Source of the DNA: Salisapilia sapeloensis CBS 127946
Lineage: Eukaryota; Protista; Oomycota
Length of the DNA: 36,417 nt
Direction of reading: 5' to 3'
Assembly: GCA_023334545.1 (NCBI GenBank)
Contig: JAADVB010000198.1
Location: 1 to 36,417 of the forward strand
Positions 1 to 8,858 of this stretch are shown here, one piece after another. How positions within the stretch are numbered: the stretch's first letter is position 1; each line of letters begins with the position of its first letter. The position numbers were made by a program, and so were the translations under genes. Under the pieces are notes generated by a model. The model saw nothing but the letters and a program-made list of their open reading frames with translations. It was not told where the DNA came from and made no database searches.

Positions 1-1
1 A

Positions 2-1393
2 GTCCTCACGACACTTCCATGGACTCTGAACGCTTTCCTCGGCGTCATCACGGATTGTTTCCCTATCTTTGGCTACCGTCGCCGCCCCTACATGGTCCTT
101 GGGTGGATAGTTTGTGCGATCTGCACCCTCGCAATGGCATGCATGCCCATCGGAGACCCGTATTACCCAGATCCAGAGTACGCATCCAAAGATGTGGCAA
201 CCTTGAGTGAAGAGCAAGTAGCATCATTCAATCGAGATGCACCAAACGTCGGTACCAAGTTTATTATTCTGATGATCTTGGCCGATATCGGCATGGTCTT
301 TGCGTCAACTGCGGTCAGCGGTATGGTCATCGAGCTCGCACAACGAGAAGCTCTTCATGTACGTGGGACAACCCAGACGATGGTATGGATGTCAAAAATG
401 ATTTTTGGGATCGGTGCCTCTGTCATCACCGGATTTGGACTAAACTCTGCTGACTTCGGTGGTTCTTTCGCTGGTGATATGGGCATCAATGCCATCTTCG
501 GTGTGTGCTGTGCCGCGTCGCTGATCTCCGCTGCTGGTGCCTGGTACTTCATCGCGGAGGAAAAACATGCTGGACTAAAGTTTGGCGACGAAGTCGGCAA
601 GCTCTTCGGTATGTTGCAGGAGCAAGTGGTGTATCAGCTGATTGCGTTCCGGTTCTTCCACAACATGTTCTCGTACATCTCAGTAACTGCTGCATTACCG
701 TTGCAGAACACTTGGGTGGGTGTGGAACCTGTGAACTCATCCATTGCGTCAATCCTCTCTACTCTTCTTGCAGCGTCTGGTCTCTACATTATTAAGAGAT
801 TTGGCCTCAACTGGAACTGGCGATTCCTTATCGTTGCTACACAAACGTTCGTCGTGGCAGTCGACTGTATCCCTGTCTTCTTAGCAACTTGGGATATAGT
901 GCGATCCCAGTGGTTCTACTTGGGGCTTCCGCTCGTGGCTGAAATTCCGGATAGGATTGGATGGGTAGTAACGATTTTTGCCATGGTCGAGGTGATCGAC
1001 GAAGGAAGCGAAGCTTCAGGACATGGTCTCATGAAGGGTATTTCAACGTTGGCGTCACCTTTTGCGACTGTTGTCACCAAGGCTATCGATCAAAACTTTG
1101 AAATTGCCTTGACGGATCTCCAGCGTGATGACACTGAAGTGCGAAACCAAGTCACGTACGCTTACCTGATTGCATACATCTTCAATCTTGCGTCGGTGCT
1201 CTTCGTGATACTCTTACCAAGGCAGAAACTCGAGACGCAGCAACTCAAGAATGAAGGCAGCAAAAACTTCTGGGCTGGTGTCGTTGTCACCGTTATTATC
1301 GCCTTCGTTTATATCTGGAGTATCATGACGAATCTCATGTCCATCTTCCCGTCGACGGCGTGTCTAAAAGTTGCCGGTGGCAACGGTTGCTAG
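2..1393 (+). CDS. Folate-biopterin transporter (BT1/FBT, MFS) family protein, 5' end outside the window
   Basis: The frame is open from base 2 (VLTTLPWTLNAFLGVITDCFPIFGYRRRPYM...), so it extends upstream of the ORF-track start at 92. PW..F.G..TDCFPIFGYRRRPY is the BT1-family signature. Many hydrophobic TM segments; the C-terminus has the oomycete-type ending CLKVAGGNGC. Confidence 0.9.
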   Translation, partial: VLTTLPWTLNAFLGVITDCFPIFGYRRRPYMVLGWIVCAICTLAMACMPIGDPYYPDPEYASKDVATLSEEQVASFNRDAPNVGTKFIILMILADIGMVFASTAVSGMVIELAQREALHVRGTTQTMVWMSKMIFGIGASVITGFGLNSADFGGSFAGDMGINAIFGVCCAASLISAAGAWYFIAEEKHAGLKFGDEVGKLFGMLQEQVVYQLIAFRFFHNMFSYISVTAALPLQNTWVGVEPVNSSIASILSTLLAASGLYIIKRFGLNWNWRFLIVATQTFVVAVDCIPVFLATWDIVRSQWFYLGLPLVAEIPDRIGWVVTIFAMVEVIDEGSEASGHGLMKGISTLASPFATVVTKAIDQNFEIALTDLQRDDTEVRNQVTYAYLIAYIFNLASVLFVILLPRQKLETQQLKNEGSKNFWAGVVVTVIIAFVYIWSIMTNLMSIFPSTACLKVAGGNGC

Positions 1394-2736
1394 GCTACTA
1401 TGACGATGTAAGCATCTGGGCAATGGAAGTCCCGGTGCTTTAAATACAATACAACATCTTTGAATGATCTCAAGTAAACTTACATTCTGCTTTTGGTGAT
1501 GCAGTTTATACTAGAATAGATTTTGATTGCTTGCTATACCACTCGGTCACCTAGTTGACTATGACGACTCTTCTTGACTTTGCTCATGCATAGAACATCC
1601 CTTGTATATTTACCCTGACCAGTACCGTTCAATCTGCTTTGTAAATAATACAAGACAGTGTAGGTGACAGCAGCTTGCTTTCTTTAGCACTGGTGGGTGG
1701 CGTCTATATCTGTGCATTATGCTAAGTCGGTGCAACAGAAACATGCATATCTTGCCTAGGTATGCTGTATCAGCTATGGGATTTCGCTAGTACCGCATTG
1801 TGTCCGGTGGTAGGTATAGATCTTGTCGGTGGCTTATCTCACTCCACAAGGATACCACAAGTACTGGGAATTTGGAACTGATGTGAAAGGCATTTCGTTG
1901 TAGCTGCAAATGTCCAGCCGCGGAGCTGGTAGGCTACTAGAAACTTCTAAATGCTCCTAAACCAGGTTTGACTACGGTACGAGGCTGTATAAATGCACAT
2001 AACGCGGTGCTAATACTGATCGACTGCGACTTTTAATGGAATAACTCAACTGGAAATGCGTAATGTGTTTGTTACGTGCATGTCATGCGAGGCTTCAATG
2101 GTTGAGGTTTTCAAACTGCATTTGTCGCTCGCTTGACGCAATCTGTCGAAACTTTGACAGGATCATCCTAGCTTCTTATGCAGTAGATGGTGGTCGAAAA
2201 CTACCAATCTAAACCTGTAGACTTTCAATAGGTAGATTGCGACTACTTTACAGAAAATATTATGCAGCCGCGCTTGTGATGTGAGGCAAATATATTTGAC
2301 CTGCTGCCTAGCTGTCGTGTGATTGCTATTGATAGCTTCTTTCTTCGTGGCGTCGCTTCAACCGCATCATTTCAAAACGGTGATGAAACGGCATACTTTA
2401 AGTAGAAGAGAGCGGTCTCCACGGCCTTTCGTGCTCCATCGTACTCGAGATAGTGGTCATGTCTGATTATTACAAACGCGACCGAGGAGGATCTCCTGCC
2501 GCGGTCCGAGGTCCGAGTGCGTCTAGACTGATGGAAGAAGCCACAAGATCGCATGCCGCGATCAGAGGCAAGCAATAACCCATCACCCACCATTAGACAT
2601 TACACTGCGGGTGCGAGCGAATCGCTTGCATCGAATCGGCGGGTAAGCTGAAACGCCAGCTGAGCGATTCGACCCAGATGTCTCACGTTGACCAATAGTT
2701 CGATTCCGAAGATCAGCTCAAGTGGCCCTCACGATC

Positions 2737-2753
2737 GACCATTCCCGCTTTCA
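2737..2753 (+). promoter_or_regulatory. Oomycete Inr (+FPR-like) core promoter of the elicitin-like gene
   Basis: GACCATTCCCGCTTTCA contains YCAYTYY (CCATTCC) followed by a T-rich FPR-like segment, about 40 bp upstream of ATG 2790. Confidence 0.55.
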
Positions 2754-2789
2754 CCTCGGCTTCCTCAGCTCAAGTTTCTTTCCTTCCTC

Positions 2790-3359
2790 ATGAAATTCAC
2801 CGGAGCTATCGTCGTACTCGCTACCATCGCCTCCGCATCAGCCAGCGATGTTGGAGACGAGATGGAATGGTGCAACCTGCAAGAGATCAGGAGCAAGATG
2901 TTTAAAAACGGCACAGACTATGCGGACAACTGTGCCGAACAAACTGGATTTGACATCTTCGAAAGGGAGGGCTGGCCGAGCGAAGAACTGGCAAAGAACA
3001 TTTCAGAGAACCGTAACTGCGTCGAAGCGTACAACCAGATTCCTACGGTCGCCAACTCTCTCATCGATTGTGAGATCGAATGCCCTCCCATGATGAACGA
3101 TACATGTACCTTGCGAAATTCGCTCAGTATGTGGCTAAGTGGACTTAACGAAAGCTCAAGCGACTCCGGCTCGAGCTCTATGTCTGATTCCGAGTCCGGC
3201 TCCGACTCGAGCACGTCGGAGTCTGGAAGCTCAGAATCTTCCTCGGACTCTAAAGACAGCAGCGCGGATGAAAGTGGCAGCGACGGTGTTGGTGCATTAA
3301 TTGCTGCCAAGAGTGCTGTTGCGGTCGCTGGCATTGTTGGTCTGCTGACGCTCTTGTAA
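2790..3359 (+). CDS. Elicitin-like (ELL) secreted protein with Ser-rich stalk and probable GPI-anchor signal, 189 aa
   Basis: The real start is ATG 2790 (the ORF track starts at an upstream TTG). Signal peptide MKFTGAIVVLATIASASA; Cys-containing elicitin-like domain (C..TGFDIF...WPSEE..NISENRNC...DC); Ser/Asp/Glu low-complexity stalk; hydrophobic C-terminal tail GALIAAKSAVAVAGIVGLLTLL. Confidence 0.8.
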   Translation: MKFTGAIVVLATIASASASDVGDEMEWCNLQEIRSKMFKNGTDYADNCAEQTGFDIFEREGWPSEELAKNISENRNCVEAYNQIPTVANSLIDCEIECPPMMNDTCTLRNSLSMWLSGLNESSSDSGSSSMSDSESGSDSSTSESGSSESSSDSKDSSADESGSDGVGALIAAKSAVAVAGIVGLLTLL

Positions 3360-3552
3360 GGAGAAATATACACTTTTTGACTACGTTTGATTGTGGATAT
3401 TTTCCAAGTTGAGAGTGTTAGAGGATCCTTGTCTATTTTTGTGAATCTGACCTGCATGAAGATCCAGTAACGTGCTATGGAGGCAGGGTTGAAAGCAGGA
3501 TAGGTGACTGGACTTGTCTCGGATCCCGTCTGGGTACATGTATGCAAACGAG

Positions 3553-3620
3553 GAGGTACGACGGAATTGTCAGAGGTACGAAGGATTAGTCGGGGGTACG
3601 AAGGAATAGTCAGAGGTACT
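3553..3620. repeat. 20-bp minisatellite, about 3.4 copies, consensus GAGGTACGAAGGAATAGTCA
   Basis: Units: 3553 gaggtacgacggaattgtca; 3573 gaggtacgaaggattagtcg; 3593 ggggtacgaaggaatagtca; 3613 gaggtact (partial). Confidence 0.9.
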
Positions 3621-3836
3621 AACCGAGTGTGGCAATCGAATGATATGTTTGCTGTCACATGCACTATCACGAAAAGACACGCTGGATAGTGGGAGAAGGC
3701 TTTCAAACGAACGCACCCCCATGAGATACTATTGTCGGCTCGTAATCGTAGAAAGCAGCTTACCATAAATAAATTCCTTTATAACGACCTCTAATCTTAT
3801 CCGATATGCGACGGACTGATGCACCTCAGTTGCGTA

Positions 3837-3852
3837 CCATTCCCGAATTTGC
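3837..3852 (+). promoter_or_regulatory. Oomycete Inr+FPR core promoter of the mitochondrial carrier gene
   Basis: CCATTCCCGAATTTGC = YCAYTYY Inr followed by an MWTTTNC FPR (AATTTGC), 79 bp upstream of ATG 3931. Confidence 0.75.
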
Positions 3853-3930
3853 TCACTACGGCGTACATCGCTCAATTGGACAAGCCACGCTGGCAAACAA
3901 GTCCCATAGACTCTATTCTACATCACTATC

Positions 3931-4933
3931 ATGGTCGCGACATCCACCATAAGCTCTCCAGCAAGCATCTTGTATCAAGCAAGGCTGTCTTCCCGTTCGA
4001 ATGAAAAGAAGACACCCGTACAAGTAACAATCCCTCTCCAATACAAATTGGGTGTTGGCGCAGTGGCAGGCGCCATTGGAGCGACCACGACATTCCCGAT
4101 TGATGTTGTTAAGACAAACTTGCAAAGTCAATTATCATCTGCAACTCATGTCCGGATGGGACCAATTCAATGCCTTCGTGGCATTGTCGCTGCGGATGGA
4201 ATCCACGGACTCTACCGAGGTCTACCACCTACTGTACTTGGTGGGTTACCAGAAAAAGCATTGAAACTTGCTGTGAACGAACAACTTCGAGAAAAGTTCA
4301 CGGATGAGCATGGTAACCTGCCTCTTCGTGGACAGCTAACAGCTGCACTTGGTGCTGGACTTGCCCAAGCTTTCGTCACCAACCCGGTAAGCACTTATCC
4401 TCATCTTTTTTGCAAAACATACACTAATTTTCTATCTATAGACGGAAATGGTGAAGATCCGACTACAAACGCAAACTGCTCTGCCACCGCACCAACGGGA
4501 GTCTGCTCTTCAAATCATCCGAGGGCTTGGCCCTCGCGGTCTCTACACCAGTTTCCACGTGTGTCTTATGCGCGATCTGCCTTACTCTTTGGTATTCTTC
4601 CCATCATACGCATTCCTTAAGTCATCGTTGGCCAATGATGAAGGTGTTAACTCGATGGCATCAATCTTGGTATCGGGTGCCATCGCTGGAGCCAGTGCTT
4701 CCGGTCTATGTACACCGATGGATGTCATCAAGACGCGCCGTCAGGTCCGTGGTGCTATAGCAAATCAAACACTTCTTCAAACGGCACAGAGTGTGTATCA
4801 AACAAGTGGTTTGACCGGTTTCTATCGTGGAGCTAGCCTTCGGATGATGGTGCAAGCACCCATGTTTGGGATCACGCTAACAGCATTCGAACTCCAGAAA
4901 AAATACATGGAAAGTAAGATGCATCAGGAGTAG
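3931..4933 (+). CDS. Mitochondrial carrier (SLC25), glutamate carrier GC1/GC2-like; 2 exons
   Basis: Exons 3931-4386 and 4442-4933; 55-bp intron GTAAGC..ACTAAT..CTATAG. Splicing restores the second signature NP|TEMVKIRLQ. The three signatures are PIDVVKTNLQ, PTEMVKIRLQ and PMDVIKTRRQ. PEKALKLAVNE and RDLPYS..FPSY match the glutamate / aspartate-glutamate carrier subfamily. No EF-hand extension. Confidence 0.88.
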
Positions 4934-5842
4934 AGGGAAGGCCAGAGCCTTTCCTGTAGTTCATAAACATAAACTTCTTTTGACTCAAATAAAAATACAA
5001 GTGTACTGTAGCATTCACGAGACTCGTGCATGAGATCGACATGTTCCTTGGCGTTGTCTTTGTTAAAAGCACAGTCGTGAGTTTCCAGCATCTAGATATG
5101 GGTTTGTCATCTATTAAAGATAACACAGAGTTCACAATGGGTGAGGAAGTTAATACAGTGGGTTCTTCTTCATCGCGTCATACCGGCTACATTTGAGACA
5201 AAATCATTTTCTGGGTGCGCTATTATCCCTCGTAAAAGATATATTTGTTATCTCTACTTTTATAGATGTTGTGGTGGAAACCTGTACTACACTCCTTCAG
5301 AATAGTTTGATACTGGATGGCATAACGACATCGTATCAAGTTCAAGGAACGATAGACGAAACGCTTTTGGCATCTAGTACTCTAAACGAATGTGTAATTC
5401 CAACACTACTTAACTGTTGGAAGAAGCAATTTTTGCCGAAGCTAGCACTATATATTAAGAAAAGTATTGTTCGAAGGCGACGTTTTGATTGATGGTCTTC
5501 GCCTGATACTATTTTCATGGACTAGTATGTGATCCATTACCGTACTACCGCTCAATTTACATCCCTCATCTTCAGGCTACGAACTGGTTTCCCAATACAA
5601 AGCGTATGCTATCCTACCATGTAATCATTGATGGATATTTCGTAGCCAACAAAAGACCCATAGGCACCGTGGAAATGAAGTTTGCGAAAACTTTCAGTCA
5701 CCTGTTACCTGGGTTCCAATCAGTGCTGTCATCTCCAAAGTTGCTTTACCGGGAAATTGTCTGTAGCTTCTCTCAATGTACGACACTGCCGTACAGTAAG
5801 CTTGGACAAGAGTTTAAAATATGGAGGAGCAAGAATAAGACG

Positions 5843-7564
5843 CTATTCATTGTTCTGTTCAGCCGCGGTCAAACCGTCTTTGTTCCTAATGAGCATGCAG
5901 CGTGTCCACTTTGTCGGTGCGAAAGATCGTGATAGGTGAACGCCATCTGCATATAGCTCGTATTCTCGTGTTCCCTCTAGCAAAGTGGCTGTGAAGACTA
6001 CACGATAGGTTACCACACTTTCGGTTCGAGTGATTTTGGAGCGAACCTTGCACAGCAACTACCTTGTCGACGTGCTTGGACAAGTAGCTGACTGATTTTA
6101 AATCTCGATTTGGAAGAAAATACTATGAAATAAGGTTTCCTCGAGCTGTTCGCGACCAGTTCTCTTGACAGTGACCATATTAAGAACTTTGTTTCCTGTC
6201 CTTCATGATTATTTTCATCGACCTAGTAACCAAATTCGATTTGAACGCGACCATGAAGCCGGAGGCATGATATTGCGAAGACGTAGTTATAATTGACATG
6301 TATGGAGATATCGTTATAACCGCCGATCATTAGCAGCCTCAGCGTAATGGCACCTTCTGATCGTCTATTATGCCCAGGGAAGTAGCACCAAGTAGTTTCT
6401 CGTTCCTGAACGAAAAGCGAAAGGTATCTCGAGAACATCTTAATCGCTACGTGCGTATTGTTCTCGTACTTTGATACGTAAGAAGGATAATCTCGGATCA
6501 CGCTGTGGACTATGCTACTTCGAGTGTCTACCGGAAACTTACGGCTTCCAACTCCAAAGTTTTGAAAGGCAAAGCATGCTACACTGACCCTCGTCAACTA
6601 ATGTATTTGCGTCGCACTGAGTTCGGGCATAATGCCAAAAGTAATGGATAATTTCCATTGCATATCCAACAAACATAGATCATGGAGGTGGGCTATTAGG
6701 TGATTCGTCTAGCTTGAATGCCGTTGGACGAGTGCTAGTCGAGTGAATACTATCGCTATCACGTATTAAGTTGTAGGTGCGTGGCAGAGAAGGCATGCAG
6801 CTTAAAGCGAAGGTTGATTTATGTTGCATCTTGCTTCTGTAAGACCTATGCGTCTAAGGAGGCAAGCGATGTTTCCATTTAGTGATCCTTTGCAGTTCAC
6901 AGTCACGTTCTTCCGACAGAAGTATCCCAGCACATAGAGATGTGATCGAATTCACTGCGTGATGTTTTCTATCACTTTTACATAAGAAGTCTTGTTTCTG
7001 TCTTCACTTTCCCTGTCGTGACGTTGATGGAATTCACTTTCATCGACATCGTCTTCAATGAACCTGCACAAACATGAGTCGGCATCCTTATGCAAGTTCG
7101 CTCGATCTTCTCTCTCCTTCTATCGTTAAGCAAACACACTACAAAGTTTGCCGTGGCGTTTGACGGATGGTTGTCACAATCGGTGGTAGCAAAACAGCAT
7201 AAGCACAACGACAGAGCATGCAATGGTCCCTCATTCCTTCACGTTAAAACACGATCCTGGGTTTTACACATGCAAAGGTACGTACATTCGCAGAGGCTTG
7301 TAGGTATCCACCCAGCCCGGATCAGGTCCAATTCTGGTCACGAGAAGCTTCTCCTTTGAACGTAGCAACTTCATTTCCTTTGCTCTCATCGATACACAGA
7401 CAAAAATTCTTGCTAGATCGCGCGAATGAAGCCAATGGATCTGTTAGCGCCGCTCAATACGTCGTCGTGAACACACGTAATATCTCCTTTCTTACATTTG
7501 CATCTAGTGCTCTGACAAACGGAGGCGATAACACATCCAAAGCCATTTCAACCGGCGTATTCAT
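5843..7564 (-). CDS. Probable multi-exon gene with an N-terminal F-box-like motif (exons 1-2 firm, downstream structure uncertain)
   Basis: Exon 1 7564-7496 (MNTPVEMALDVLSPPFVRALDAN); 55-bp intron GTAAGA..CTAACAG; exon 2 7440-7286 (IHWLHSRDLARIFVCVSMRAKEMKLL...TYKPLR), ending at a GTACGT donor. Further candidate exons: a 40-bp GTAAGT..CACAG intron at 6542-6503 joins ..LWSWK|PVIRDYPSY.. into ORF 6223-6597; a TAG acceptor at 6223 opens VDENNHEGQETKFLIWSLS..; ORF 5843-6058. The F-box call rests only on resemblance to the L.xL..xDL.R...VS.R consensus. Confidence 0.45.
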
Positions 7565-7579
7565 TTGTCTTTTAAAAAC

Positions 7580-8707
7580 TTAAGACAAGATGTACTCTAG
7601 CTTTAAACGGTTGCTGGGTACATCGTCGCTCCCATTATCGCTCGACTCCTCCGTAGCCCTTTGATTGTTCGACGCTTCCTGCTGATTGTCTACTTCCCCC
7701 ACGATACTTTCATTTTGAATACGACAATCATTTAGCAAGACACCAATGTCTTGGATGGACACTCCCCCGTCAATGAACCCTTGGACGTAATCGACGGTCG
7801 GACGCATCTCTGTGATCCGACCGATGGAAGAAAAATGCATTTCGACCATTGAGTGGCACTTGTACCTGCGATTATTCACTCGCGTCATCACCGCTTCGTG
7901 TTGTAGCGCGTTAGGAAAAACGTGACGTATGACGTCGTCTGTTACACCAAGTTCCATCGTCAAGTAGACAATCACGATCGGATCCTCTTCGCTACCATAA
8001 ACAGCCGTGCCATCCACGGTCACTTCGACACTGTTATGCCACGTCGAGACACGACGCCACTGTTCCAGCATCGCCTCGACGCCTTGGAGGTTGTGGTATT
8101 GGACGTCCGGGTCAAAGACACGATTGACATACTCTTGTTGTTCCTGAAGTATACGTGCGTTTTCTTGCGGGTAAAAGTAACTTGGGCCGATCTGCCGAAC
8201 GGTTGGCACTCCTCGTCCGAACAGAGTATAGAGTTCACGGGCCAATTGTTCCAAAGACGAAGTGTTTGGGCTGTTACGCCGATATAACAAGGCTTCCTTT
8301 CGAATGCTCCGACGATGCTCCAGATCAAGAACTTGCCTCCGAAGGTTAAGCACAGCCGTCCTCAGATTTTCTTCTCGTCGTCGTCGCCGTTCGCGAAACT
8401 GGCGGCCACGTTCACTGCTATTTGGACGGGGATTCTGCCCCCGCATGTTCGTCTGGGTCTCTGGATGCTGGCGCAATGTCCGTCGAGACTGTACTGGACG
8501 GGATGGTGCCGACAGCGGCGCAGATAACGGCGCAGACGGTGGCGCAGACGTTTGAATGTGCTGTAATCGAGGCATCGCTTGAGGGCTAGAGGAAAAATGC
8601 ACCGGCGGCTGGGATTGTGGGATGGCAGTTTCTCTCTCTCCTTTCATAGCGACGTTGCTGGCTGGTCGGGTAGACCAGCGTGGAGAAGGCGATTTAAAGT
8701 TCGACAT
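7580..8707 (-). CDS. Oomycete-type bZIP transcription factor with conserved C-terminal domain, 375 aa
   Basis: Basic region SSERGRQFRERRRRREEN followed by an L-x6-L-x6-L zipper (LRTAVLNLRRQVLDL); Pro/Ser-rich N-terminus; typical oomycete bZIP C-terminal domain (F..G....GVEAMLEQW.R...FP.....F...GRI...VDYVQGF); ends RLKLEYILS. Confidence 0.85.
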   Translation of the reverse strand: MSNFKSPSPRWSTRPASNVAMKGERETAIPQSQPPVHFSSSPQAMPRLQHIQTSAPPSAPLSAPLSAPSRPVQSRRTLRQHPETQTNMRGQNPRPNSSERGRQFRERRRRREENLRTAVLNLRRQVLDLEHRRSIRKEALLYRRNSPNTSSLEQLARELYTLFGRGVPTVRQIGPSYFYPQENARILQEQQEYVNRVFDPDVQYHNLQGVEAMLEQWRRVSTWHNSVEVTVDGTAVYGSEEDPIVIVYLTMELGVTDDVIRHVFPNALQHEAVMTRVNNRRYKCHSMVEMHFSSIGRITEMRPTVDYVQGFIDGGVSIQDIGVLLNDCRIQNESIVGEVDNQQEASNNQRATEESSDNGSDDVPSNRLKLEYILS

Positions 8708-8840
8708 GTGCTCGTGTTCAAGCCTTTACGATGAAGATGCTATGACCACTCTTTCGATGGCGAAGGCAGAATCCAAGTCTGCACCTTCCTTCTGACAAAC
8801 AAGCAGACGATCGAAGGGAGACGGGTCTTTCGGTCCGGTG

Positions 8841-8858
8841 AAAGATTTGGAATGAAAT
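8841..8858 (-). promoter_or_regulatory. Candidate Inr of the bZIP gene
   Basis: The minus strand reads TTTCATTCCAAATCTTT (TCATTCC = YCAYTYY), about 140 bp upstream of the bZIP ATG. The FPR part is imperfect. Confidence 0.35.

Noticed and set aside
2372-2593. Minus-strand ORF with a GTATGC donor, divergent from the elicitin-like gene
   Set aside because: A consistent multi-exon model could not be built and there are no motifs.
2918-3766. 282-aa minus-strand ORF
   Set aside because: It is antisense to the elicitin-like CDS and its low-complexity stalk, has no recognisable motif, and is best explained as a shadow ORF.
6223-6597. HVAIKMF read as kinase subdomain II
   Set aside because: No Gly-rich loop, HRD or DFG in any adjacent frame.
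7090-7359. KFAVAFDGW resembling the first catalytic Asp motif of hAT transposases
   Set aside because: Only a 4-5 residue match; the downstream hAT motifs are missing, no TIRs were seen, and the region is better explained as antisense to the F-box-like exons.
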